Part shown: positions 48,639-59,785 of the stretch, one piece after another
Layout of the letters: the number at the start of each line of letters is the position of its first letter
How positions within the stretch are numbered: position 1 is the first letter of the stretch
Assembly (NCBI GenBank): GCA_025603075.1
Contig: MU626291.1
Location: 1-64,000 of the forward strand
Length of the DNA: 64,000 bases
DNA from: Neoconidiobolus thromboides FSU 785
Taxonomy: Eukaryota > Fungi > Entomophthoromycota
Direction of reading: 5' to 3'
The notes under the pieces: model-generated
Database searches by the model: none
What the model was told of the DNA's origin: nothing
What the model saw: the letters and a program-made list of their open reading frames with translations, nothing else
Position numbers and translations under genes: made by a program

Positions 48639-49061
48639 TTTATAAAGATTTCATTTATTTTTGATAAAGAGTAAAATGCTTTGAATGAGTCTTGTATTTT
48701 ATTTTTTATTTTTTATTTAATTATTTATATAAATCTAAAGATTTTAATAATATAAAATTTTAGTTTCATATAATCAAGTGCTAAATAACAGGCATATTTG
48801 ACTTTTTTTAATACAATTCATAATTTGTAAAAATAGTGCAGCCAATTAAATATATAAATTTACACATCATAAACTTAATTAGCATCTATTTTAAAAAAAT
48901 TATAAAATCAAATATATTCATTATTTTGCACTTATTTATAGAAAATACATTGACATTAATTAAAAAATAAGTGACATTTAAATGGAACCGTTTTTGATAA
49001 CATCTTTATTTTTTAATTAAATAAAATTAATTTTACAGCTATATGAATTTAAATATACATT

Positions 49062-49167
49062 ATATGGGAATGTTTTTTTCAACTTCATTGTTTTTTCCAT
49101 TTTTTAAGTGCTATTTAAGCGAAAGTTTGTTAGTAAAATTCTTAAATACAAAAATACATCCCCATAT
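49062..49167 (-). mobile_element. MITE copy (ATAT TSD; element 49066-49163, 98 bp)
   Basis: ATAT-GGGAATGT...ACATCCCC-ATAT. Confidence 0.9.
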
Positions 49168-49927
49168 AATACTAATTTCATAATAGGAGCTTTTAAATAG
49201 TATGTGGTATACTTTAGTGAATAAGTAAATTTTTATTATATTAAGCACTTTTGTCAATAAGACACTATTTGAGGCTTTTTTTACAAAAGAATAACAGAGT
49301 CAACTATAATACTATTGTAGTATTTGTTTTAAATAGTATTACATAAAGAGTAACTTATTATAAATAAAGATTATATGATGATGTTTTTTTTGATTTTAAT
49401 TTTTAAATTTAAATTTTCCAATTTAACAATAAATTTTTGACAAAAAATCCAAAATAAACAAATATAATTATTTATTTGAATATATATTATAAAATAGCAA
49501 TATAGTAAAATTCAATATAAAATTTAATTCCATGTATTAATATTTCATAACGTTTTGATAGATAAAATAATAATAGTTTTTTGAAGTAAATTTGAATAAA
49601 AAAAGGATAACATAAGGGAAAGGGCAATATAACGAAAAAAGTGAGATTTCGAGTCAAATTCAGTTACGTAGAGTTATATAAGGGAGGGTTTATAATATGT
49701 AACATATGGTGACAGTTACTCAACATACATTCTAATTAAAATGAGTATATAAAAAAATAAGCTTTACTTAAGGTATTTTTAACTTAGTATTATTAACTAA
49801 TTAAATAAGCCCTATATAAAAAAAGTATTATAATAACTTTAATGGTTTTTTGATCTAGTGGTAATATGAACGTTTGAGCCAAATAGTCAATGACCCATAA
49901 AAAACGGTGATATAAATGACCAATACA

Positions 49928-50034
49928 ATATGAGGATGTATTTTTATGTTTAAGAATTTTGCTAACAATTTTTCCGCTCAAATAGGGCTTAAAAAATGGA
50001 AAAAGCAATGAAACTAAAAAAATCATCCCCATAT
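49928..50034 (+). mobile_element. MITE copy (ATAT TSD)
   Basis: ATAT-GAGGATGT...TCATCCCC-ATAT. Confidence 0.9.
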
Positions 50035-51705
50035 AATAGCTTATTTAAAGATAAAATTGGTCAATTCATTATCAATAGTAAAATTATTATAACAAAAGGA
50101 ATAATTTGTTTTTCTATTAAGCCAAAAGCTTTGTTTAGTTATTGTTTAATGAATACTTTATTAATTTAAAGAGTTAAGGAAGGAAGATAAATGACAATTC
50201 AATTTTTAGCTGAAAAGAGGTTGAAAAGAAGTGAAAAAAAACTCTCTTTTGAATAGATTTTATTAATTGTAGGAGATAACTATCAATCAAAGTGATATTT
50301 ATTGTAAAGAAATAAAACAAAGTTCAATAGCATTTAGGTCATCTGAAAATTGATAACATTTATTAGCTTTTGAATTCAAGTCAAAAGTAAATCCCGTTTT
50401 AATTAAGAGGATTTTAAGACTTTTCCTAAAAATAAAAAGCTAGTAAAATAATGAATTATAAAAAATGATACTAACAAGTTAAAATTCAATAAAACCTAAT
50501 CATCTTCCTTAAAGCTCTTTTAATTAAAATGCGTGCTTGTCAAGTGCTCAATTAACAAAAATTCAAACATTAAGCTATAAATCAGTAAAACTATAAATCA
50601 CAGTTAATGCAACTATTTTTAACTAATTAGCTGTAATTTTATAGTTAAATAATTTATTACCTAATTTTTTTGCCTAATCCTTACTTATAAATGGATTTTA
50701 GTATAAGTTACATTCTTAAATGAATAATTAATAAGTTTGAAAAAGAATAGTAGTTGTTGTATTGCTTCCAAAAATTAGCTCTGCTACATTGTTGTTCATC
50801 TGACCTAAATTAAGCTATATATCTAAGTTGAAAACAGAATGCACAAAATAAGCGGTACTACTGGTTCACTTTTAACATACCATGAGCATTTATGATTTTA
50901 TATTTACTGGATTTAATCGTGACAATTTTATTTATTTGTTGTACTAAATCAACATAAAATATGAAATACCCATATTATTTTTAAATCGAAATAATAACAG
51001 CTAGCAATTTAATCAAGAAAACCAATGCGAAATGCTAATAAAGTTTAAAATGGACCTCGTTTAAAGGAATTTGAATAGGCTAAGTTACGCTTAGATGGGA
51101 GCAAAAGTGGGCGTGAAGCATTGACTAAACTATTCTTATCTCTCCTTTATCGAACTTGAGTTGATTTATTTCATTAACTAAACATTTGAGAGCCTTATGA
51201 CTTTTTCAAAAATACAAATTTGAAAATAATCAAATACTTTAGCCTATTTGTATTATTATATTTAGAAGAAAATAAAGCTAAATAGGAATTTCGGAGACTT
51301 CTATATATATGTGGGATTTCATGTAAAGAATAATCAATCACTAATAATTAACAGATTTAATAAGACATGGCTATTGCAGACTGTTGGACTGATTAAGTTA
51401 ATTTTAATACTATATGAAGATAAAATAATATTTTTTATAAGTGTCATTTTAATACTATTTCAATACAAAATAATAGCTATAAACTGTGCTTTAAAATTTT
51501 CTTTTTAAAGAGCCATTTCATTACCTTTAAGCCTATTATTTTTGTAGTTTGACTCTTCAATTTAGTTGATTTTAAATGTATTAGTGGCATTTAAGAAAGT
51601 TTATTCAAAATAAACAAAAAATTACAAAAGTATAAAATGATACAGATTTTACTTGAAACAAATAAAATTATTATAATTACTTTTATTATTATCTCTTTAA
51701 TCAAC

Positions 51706-54021
51706 ATGCTTTACTTTATTCTTTCTATTGTATTAGCAACCACTGTGCTAGGTTCCAGATATCCCAACAGTATAGATTGGGACCATCCTTGTGGATGCAG
51801 TCATTTTAATGAAAGTTATGATTCTCAAGTTGAGAGTTTAATTTACAAGATGAATCTACGTGAAAAAGTGGGGCAATTATCTCAGCTTAATATTGCTATC
51901 TTAGTTAACAAAAATACTTTAGAATTGGATCCTAAACTTGTTGATTATTATGTCAATGAAATGCAAGTAGGTTCCTTTTTTAATAATCTTTCTGATGGTA
52001 CTGAAAAATTACCTGCAGGACCAGATAAATGGGTACGTTTAATGAATCAATTACAAGACGCTAGTCAAAAAAACCGATTAAAGATACCTATGATCTATGG
52101 TTTAGATTCGGTTCATGGTGCTAATTTTATTTATGGTGCTACTATTTTTCCTCAACAATTAGGGCAAGCTGCTACCTTCAATCGTACATTAATTAGAAAA
52201 ATTAGTGAGATTACAGCTAAAGATACAAGAGCTGTTGGTGTTCATTGGAATTTTTCGCCTATTTTAGATATTGCTGTTAACAAACAGTGGCCAAGAGTTT
52301 ATGAAACTTTTGGTGAAGATCCATATGTTGCTGCTGAACTAGGTAGGGAAACTATTATTGGTTATCAAGGATGTGGTAAAGACTTAGCTCGTGAAGATAA
52401 AGTAGCTGCTACGATGAAGCATTTTATTGGTTACTCTTCTTCTCGCTCTGGTAAAGATATTGATGGTGCTTGGATGTCTGAAAGGACTATCAATGATTAC
52501 TTTAGACCAAGTTTCCAAGCTGCTGTTGAAGCTAGTATTGCTACTACTATGGAATCTTATTCTGATATCGACGGTGATCATTTAGTTAACTCTAAACAAT
52601 ATTTAGTAGATCTACTTCGTAGAAAAATGAACTTCAAAGGTGCTTTAATTACAGATTATCAACAAATTCAAAAGCTACATGATCCAATTCATATTGCTTC
52701 TTCACAAGAAGATGCTGTATATAAGGTAATGAAGTCGGGTACTTTAGATATATCAATGATTCCAAATGATGTTACTTTTATTACTATTTTGGAAAGCTTA
52801 ATTAAAAAAGGTAGGATCTCAATGAATATGATTGATAATAATGTACGTCGTATGCTTATTTTAAAGAAAAAGCTAGGATTACTTGGCTCAACTGGTAAGA
52901 TAGATGTCAATTCAAAATTAGTTAGAAGTATTGGATCTAAAGAAGATCGTGGATTATCTTTAGATGCAGCAAGAGAATCCATTATCTTATTACATAACAA
53001 AAACAATACTCTTCCACTTAAGAAAGGAATTAAAGTATTAGTAACTGGCCCTACTGCTAATTCTATTAGTTACCAAACTGGCGGTTGGACTTTCAGTTGG
53101 CAAGGAACTAATAAAGATGAATGGTATCAAGGAAACGGAACTACCATTATCCAAGGTTTAAAGGAATTTGCTAGTGTAACTCACTTACCTTCCATCGACA
53201 TTAATGGAACTTGGATTGGCTCTGGTATTGAGGGAGTTGTAAATGCTTCAAAAGATCATGATGCCATTGTGGTATGTATTGGTGAAGCTACTTATGCTGA
53301 ATTTTTTGGTAATATAAGTGATATGGCCCTCCATCATATGCAACTAAACATCCTTCATGCTTTAATTGGTAATACTGACAAGCCTGTAATTGTTGTAATA
53401 AATCAAGGTAGGCCGAGAGTCATTAATTCGAGTATTGACCAAGCTAATGGGGTTATCAATAATTTCTTAGCTGGACCATATGCAGGTCAAGCCATTGCTG
53501 AAATTATATTTGGCGAAGTTAATCCATCTGGTAAATTGCCGCTTACTTACGCCAACAAAGTTAATGATAATACTCAAAGTTACTATCGCCGTTTTAATGA
53601 AGATAACCCAAAAAACTTATGGAATTTTGGTCACGGCTTGTCTTATACCAGTTTTTCTTATTCCAATATCACCCTTTCTAAAAATGTTATGACCCCCTAT
53701 AATCACATTGATGTTTCAGTTGAAGTAACTAACTCTGGTGCTACAGCTGGTAAAGAAACTGTATTGATGTATGTTACTGACGAATACCGTACCATCTCGC
53801 CCGAAATTAAAAAATTAAGGGGATTTGAAAAAATATATTTAAATGCTGGAGAAACTAAAGAAGTCAAATTTGTTATTAATATCAAGGACCTTGCTTTTGC
53901 TGGTTTGGATAACAAATATATTGCTGAAGAAGGTTCTTTCTATGTTACCATTGAAGACTCAAAAGCTCAATTCGAATTAAAAGTTGGCTATGGTCGTGAT
54001 ACCTTTTACCTTGGAGAATAA
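51706..54021 (+). CDS. Secreted glycoside hydrolase family 3 beta-glucosidase (BglX-like)
   Basis: EKVGQL, DSVHG, FSPILD, WPRVYETFGEDP, KHFIGY, nucleophile ITDY, SGKLP, FGHGLSYT, C-terminal fn3-like GKETV...LRGFEKI; probable start MLYFILSIVLA at 51706 (ORF track starts at 51637). Confidence 0.92.
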   Translation: MLYFILSIVLATTVLGSRYPNSIDWDHPCGCSHFNESYDSQVESLIYKMNLREKVGQLSQLNIAILVNKNTLELDPKLVDYYVNEMQVGSFFNNLSDGTEKLPAGPDKWVRLMNQLQDASQKNRLKIPMIYGLDSVHGANFIYGATIFPQQLGQAATFNRTLIRKISEITAKDTRAVGVHWNFSPILDIAVNKQWPRVYETFGEDPYVAAELGRETIIGYQGCGKDLAREDKVAATMKHFIGYSSSRSGKDIDGAWMSERTINDYFRPSFQAAVEASIATTMESYSDIDGDHLVNSKQYLVDLLRRKMNFKGALITDYQQIQKLHDPIHIASSQEDAVYKVMKSGTLDISMIPNDVTFITILESLIKKGRISMNMIDNNVRRMLILKKKLGLLGSTGKIDVNSKLVRSIGSKEDRGLSLDAARESIILLHNKNNTLPLKKGIKVLVTGPTANSISYQTGGWTFSWQGTNKDEWYQGNGTTIIQGLKEFASVTHLPSIDINGTWIGSGIEGVVNASKDHDAIVVCIGEATYAEFFGNISDMALHHMQLNILHALIGNTDKPVIVVINQGRPRVINSSIDQANGVINNFLAGPYAGQAIAEIIFGEVNPSGKLPLTYANKVNDNTQSYYRRFNEDNPKNLWNFGHGLSYTSFSYSNITLSKNVMTPYNHIDVSVEVTNSGATAGKETVLMYVTDEYRTISPEIKKLRGFEKIYLNAGETKEVKFVINIKDLAFAGLDNKYIAEEGSFYVTIEDSKAQFELKVGYGRDTFYLGE

Positions 54022-56265
54022 CCCCTTACTAAGCTTTTTTTATTTCTGGCCTTTGCATATAGTCAAATAAAAATTAGTTTATAAATTTACAAAATTTGGA
54101 TCTTTAAAACTTAAAATTATCTTTTTGCCCTTGAAAAGCCAAAATTCCAAATCTTTCATTAACTAAAAATTGAAATATTTAAGTTAGATAACTTAAGAGA
54201 CAAAACGATTAGAGGGAATCGTTTGGGAAAAAAACATAAATTTATAAAGCTGATAAATATGAAATACAGTAGCATCAATGACTCTCCCTAAAATCCAAAT
54301 GCAATAAGACCAACAATGAGCAAAATTCTCTACCGAATTTCTTTTTAAGAAAACTGTAATTATTTCATAATAAGACCTTGTCAGAGAAATATATGGTACA
54401 CAAGAAGTGGGCAAAGTTGAGTTTAAAGTAACCTTTTATCACAAATAGTATTGCTATTTATTTAAAAAGTTTAATCTTTTTTAGGAAATCTTGTAGCAGC
54501 CAGAGGATCCCAATTGTTTTATTGTTTGAGGGAAACAACGATAGGTCAAATGATCAAAACTTAATATTTTTATTAAGAACAGAGCGCTTAGGTAATGATA
54601 GTTTCAATCGTTCATATATAAATAGAAATTGCCTTACATATTAATTTTTATAAATTTTTTTACCATTATTTTATAAACATAAATATAAATATATATAGAA
54701 GGAGAAACCTAGAGCCTGGGTTTTGAAAGTAGGTACATAGAGAATTTTATAATAAAATTGTTATCTTTCGGGAGATGGCTAAACTTAGAAATTTGAGAAA
54801 TAAAAGTAGTTTCAAATGTTTATTTTTTGGTCAATATTAACTCAGCAATAAAACAACATGAGCGGAAACAGCCATAAAAGTCGAAAGTAATGTAACTTTA
54901 GCAAATCGACTTTTAGAGCTTGAATATATTAGCCTGATGATAAAGTAAAAGTCCAGACCAAATACAAAATATGGAATTTTACTAACTAAATATATTATTT
55001 AAGGTATTCAATATTCTTACAATAAGGAAGTAAGATAGAAAAAGGGTTTGAATGATTAAACTAAAACCAAATATGGCTAAAATAGCTAATAATAGATACT
55101 AAAATCTAATATCATCGTTATAAAACTAATACTTAAGTAAAATTAACATAGTATATCAATTTTTTATCATTGAATTAAAAAAATAAGATTGGGACTAATG
55201 TAAAGCAAGTTTGAAGTCTTTTATCCCTGATTTTTTTGTTTTCTCATTAAAAAAATCCTTTTTTTAGCTTAATTTTATAATTTGAATCTAAATCCAATAA
55301 AGTTTACTAAATTTTTACAGTTCTTAAACCTCATCCATCTAAAAAATGCTTATAAAATTAGTATGGCTATTACAGCTCTTTTGTAATTTATTTAACAGCT
55401 CATTAAAGAAAAAAATTAATGCTATATTCAGTTAAAGTATATAAAAAGACCTTAGAAAAATTGGTTATGCAAACGGTTTAACTATTAAAACCAGCGCTAA
55501 TAAAGTCTTGAATGGACTGCAATAATTGTAAATAGAACAAGAAGCAGGGAAAGGCGTACAAAGAAATAGTGTAGATTATAATAATAGTTCTTATATATTC
55601 AGTTTTCTCGGTTTACTATATTAGGGAAGAAAGAGCATGCTCAATTTTATAGGTCCGGAGTTTCCTATATTAATACATTATCTTGTACATACTACAGTTT
55701 GGAAGCACCGCTTTATATAGATTAAAATCTTACCTGTGTAAAACTCTCAAGTTTTTATTTGTGAAGGTAACTTGTTAAAGTTTTAAAACGGAACATTAAA
55801 GTATCTGGAATTAAAGGAAAGTAGTAAGTTATACTTTTTAATAGGATATTAACGCATATAATTTTTTGAAATTTTAAATATATAAAGTTAAATAAAAAGC
55901 AGAATATTGAATTAGTACTAGTCTTTTTGAAAAAAATAAATATATTAATAATTCTATGGTTCGATATAATGGTTGTTTAAATCACCATCCTTCATTCCAT
56001 ATTGGGTTTTGTTTGTAATATCAAAGTATATGGAACAGCTTTAAAAATAGCTATATAATGATTTAATTTTAAAAGATTAAGTCTATAGCCTATAGAAGTT
56101 ATCTAATACTATTGCCTTTTAAGCTGGCATACTATTATAGAACAGAAACAATACTCATAATGTATGATTTGTTTTGAGCTTACAAGATTACATATAATTA
56201 TAGAATAACGTGTTATCTAAGTTAGGGAATTCCTTTAACATAGATCTATATTTATGACATTCACT

Positions 56266-56370
56266 ATATAGAGTATTTTTTTGACTTCATTACTTTTTCT
56301 ATCTTTTAAGCGTTATTTGAGTGGAAAAATTGTTAGTAAAATTCTTAAATATAGAAATACATCCTCATAT
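56266..56370 (-). mobile_element. MITE copy (ATAT TSD)
   Basis: Consensus match with ATAT on both sides. Confidence 0.85.
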
Positions 56371-56886
56371 TGATTTGATTTAAAAAATAAGCCTTATTTT
56401 TTATCTTTTTTGAATATATTAAATTTATAAAATAATTTAACTGTAAAGTGATATGATTTTATTTCTACATATATAATATTTTAACTAAAATCTTTTTTAT
56501 ATAAGATAGTAACTAATTTTCATACAAATAAGTTGTGTTATTAAAATAAAAAATACAGAGATTTTAAGTAATAGTGTAGAAGAAATTTTCATTAAAAAAT
56601 CAAAAAATATTATAAGGATATCCGACTTGACCGATTAACTTTTTTTAATGTGAAAAAAAAATCTCAAGGTAAGTTCAGGGTTTACTCTAGTATCGTCAAT
56701 TTCGGTTTTGATACATAATTTGGCTTTTATAACCATATTGCAGTGTCTCTTAATTTAAAGGAGTGATTGTATTATTAGATGATACTTCTTAAAAAAAATT
56801 CTATTTTAGTTTAACCTTTGAATAGTTCCTTGTCAACCAAACCGCTGTAAAAAAAATTCTGAAAATGTTGCATAAATACTTTATTT

Positions 56887-56993
56887 ACATGGGAATGTAT
56901 TTTTTTATTTTATAATTTTACTAACAATCTTTCCACTCAAATAATGCTTAAAAGATGGAAAAAGTAATGAAGCCAAAAAAAACATCCCTATAT
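56887..56993 (+). mobile_element. MITE copy
   Basis: ACAT-GGGAATGT...ACATCCCT-ATAT. Confidence 0.85.
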
Positions 56994-57408
56994 CTTCATT
57001 ATAATTCTGAGACATCTTTAAAAGATAGTAGCACGTTTTATCCAAAGTTTTGTTAAAAGATAAAAATGGAACTAGATGGCACTCTATATTTAAAAAATTG
57101 TTAATTAAATTATTTATAGCATCATACGAGGATATATTATAAATAATAATATAAAAATGAAATTATGTGTGTAAGTTTTATTAAATAAGAAAGGAGAAAT
57201 ACTAAAATAGATTATAGCGAGAAATAATAAGTTAAGCAAACAGACACTAAAAAAAGTAATTTGATTTTAAAGAACATAAAACATTAGTATCAAATGTTAA
57301 ATAAACGGTGTTTCTTATTTATTCCCATGAATAAAATAAAAAGTATAAAGAGCTTGTAAGATACAAATGCAATTTTGATAAAACAGAGTTTAACTTCTAA
57401 GTATCAAT

Positions 57409-58101
57409 ATGAGTAAAAACAATATTATGATCCTTAAAGATACCCTTACTTTACATAAAATCAGAAAAGTGCACAAAGTATTGGCTAAAACAGAAAAGGA
57501 AAAAGTAATAAAGTTAATCGAAGAAGGAATAACCCATCAAATGATTGCAAATATGTTTAAAGTTGAAAGGAGTACTATTACTAAAGTAGCACAAAGGGCC
57601 AAAGATAACACCAAAAAGCAAGCTCACAAATCAAAAGTTAAGCGTTTTTATGAACAGTTGCTTAAATACTGTTTATATGAGAAAGAAGTAACTATCAAAA
57701 AAGTAATTCAATATGCTAAGGGTTTGATAAGCAATATAGATATTAAAATTGATGTTGATGAATGCTTTATTATCAACTTTTTCAAAAGTAATAGCCTATA
57801 TGGTTTTAATAAGTTAAAGGGTGCTGAAACTTGCATTGTAAAAAGCAATGTCCCTTGTAACTTTAAGCTAGATACGACTATTTCAATTAATCAAAGCAAT
57901 ATTCATAAGTTAGAAAGTAGTCCTTTTTTAAATTTAGATATCGACCAATGTAACCGACCATTTACAAACTTTAATGATTTTGCTCAAGGTTACATAAAGT
58001 ATCCCAATATGTATCAATATACTTCCGGAACAGCGACTGATTCTCTTTCTTTTGTAAATTACTTTGATCTTAATTTAAACTATCCTTTTATTTTGTATTA
58101 A
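57409..58101 (+). CDS. CENP-B/pogo-like N-terminal DNA-binding protein without DDE domain
   Basis: KVLAKTEKEKVIKLIEEGITHQMIANMFKVERSTITKV resembles a psq/CENP-B-N HTH; EQLLKY...KVIQYAKGL...FFKSNSL...KLKGAE resembles the second (Tc5-type) HTH; no DDE core follows. Confidence 0.55.
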   Translation: MSKNNIMILKDTLTLHKIRKVHKVLAKTEKEKVIKLIEEGITHQMIANMFKVERSTITKVAQRAKDNTKKQAHKSKVKRFYEQLLKYCLYEKEVTIKKVIQYAKGLISNIDIKIDVDECFIINFFKSNSLYGFNKLKGAETCIVKSNVPCNFKLDTTISINQSNIHKLESSPFLNLDIDQCNRPFTNFNDFAQGYIKYPNMYQYTSGTATDSLSFVNYFDLNLNYPFILY

Positions 58102-58338
58102 TAAAACTGTATATACTAGTTGAACTTATAAATATTGCACTAAAGTTTAGCTTTATTTATACCTAAATTTACAATAACACTTTTATACTTAATTATGTAA
58201 TAAAAAGCATCTCTGCTTTAAATTAATAAAACGTCAAGAACTATACAACAATATTCAAGCTATTGTTTTTATAGATAACTATTTCGTAATATGAAAAATA
58301 AGTTTCTGTTTAAGTGTTTTAGTGCAGTACTTTAGTGT

Positions 58339-58440
58339 GAATAGAGGGATTTTTGATTTCATCACTTTTTCCATTTTGAGTGCTGTTTGAGTGGAAAGAT
58401 TGTTAGTAGAATCCTTAAACATAAAAATATATCTCCATAT
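58339..58440 (-). mobile_element. MITE copy
   Basis: Reverse-orientation consensus match; one end decayed. Confidence 0.8.
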
Positions 58441-58479
58441 TCTCATATAGTTTTCATAGCCCAAACTTTGAAAATTTAA

Positions 58480-59480
58480 AGCTGTAGGGCAAATGCGTTT
58501 TATTTATTTGAAAATAGTAGATGTAGGGTGGAAAGATTAGGGTGGGACAAAGTTGAAGAGGAGTTGAGGCTCACAGAAATGGATGAAAGAAGTCGCGATG
58601 AATGTTTAAAGCTGGACGTGAGAGAGCTGGTTAAGGACCTGATAGTGTCGTTTTTGTTACACACAGGCCCAGTGATATGGAAGCGGAGTCAATAAAGAAA
58701 GGATGCAAGCAGTTGATCGAAAGATCAACAGGAGTTATCGATCTAGGATTAAACAAAAATTTAGTGTTGAAAAAGGTGATATCCAAAGATATAGCATAGA
58801 CAATAGCATTATAAAGAGTGTTTTTGTAAAAGAGCTTGTACTTTAAGGGCTATTTAAGGCTCTCAAGATGTCTTAGTTGGGAAGGGAATAGTTAGAACAA
58901 GAAATTCCATGCTGAGATCTACAGACGAGACACAAATGGGTAAGTAGTAAATATGTGACCTAACGTTTATTTTACTTCTAGGCATAGTATACACTCACTA
59001 TAATTTTGAAGAAAGGAATCTGTACGTCATGAGCCAGACACCTACACACCGTTTTAAGTGACCAAAAACGGGATTTCAACCTGGGGGATATCTATTGATT
59101 AACCACAATGGATGGTATAATAGAGTCTGCTTTAACTTGAGGGGGACTCGACACCCGATATGTTTTTTCCTTAGTGAGGTCTACTAATTTGTTCCTATAT
59201 ATCTGGAGATGAAAGAAGGACAAGAAACTATTCTAGAAACTTTTGAGAGCGAACAGAAAAGTAGCAGGTAGAAAAACACTAGTGTTTTCTAACCCGAAGG
59301 GCCTATATCAAAAATGAATGGGTTGATAGGCAAACCAGTATAGGCAATCGCTTGTTTAGCATGGATTTAGCAAATAGTGGTTGGGCGGGAGTCCAAAGCT
59401 TTAAGCTATCTAGACAAAAGACAAAGATTTATTGGTAAAACGTTGAGTAGAACAATAGCCCCTTTGCCCTTAGGAGTGCA
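58480..59480 (+). other. GC- and purine-richer decayed coding-like segment of unknown origin
   Basis: Composition shift relative to flanks; broken reading frames; canonical intron GTAAGT...CTAAC...CTAG at 58940-58981. Confidence 0.4.
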
Positions 59481-59785
59481 TAGGTTCATAGCTCAAGTTT
59501 TTAATTATTATTTTTTGTGTTTTCCTATATGTTCTTTCTTAGGAAAAGCTAAATAAAACATAAAAGCTTAAAAAATATACCACTATTTGTTCAATTAATA
59601 AAGAAATTAGCAATCGTGACTATAATCAACCTCAAATAAACAATAAAAGAAATTAGTAGAGGTTTTTAATTCAATTTTGTCGATTTGAATTCTGACATTG
59701 AAATACTAAATCGGAGTCAAATTGGGGGTTTGTTTACTATACCATGGACCATAGATAAGCGCTATCAATGAAAACGTTAGTATAA

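Noticed and set aside
50158-50530. Imperfect inverted repeat (TTAA..GAG..TAAGGAAG) as TIRs of another element
   Set aside because: Short, gapped and AT-rich, with no clear TSD or second copy.
4557-58464. Short Ile/Leu/Phe/Tyr-rich ORFs (for example 4557, 8195, 10342, 15420, 21149, 27182, 49793, 51311, 58279)
   Set aside because: Chance frames in AT-rich DNA, in MITEs, or antisense to poly-Asn tracts.
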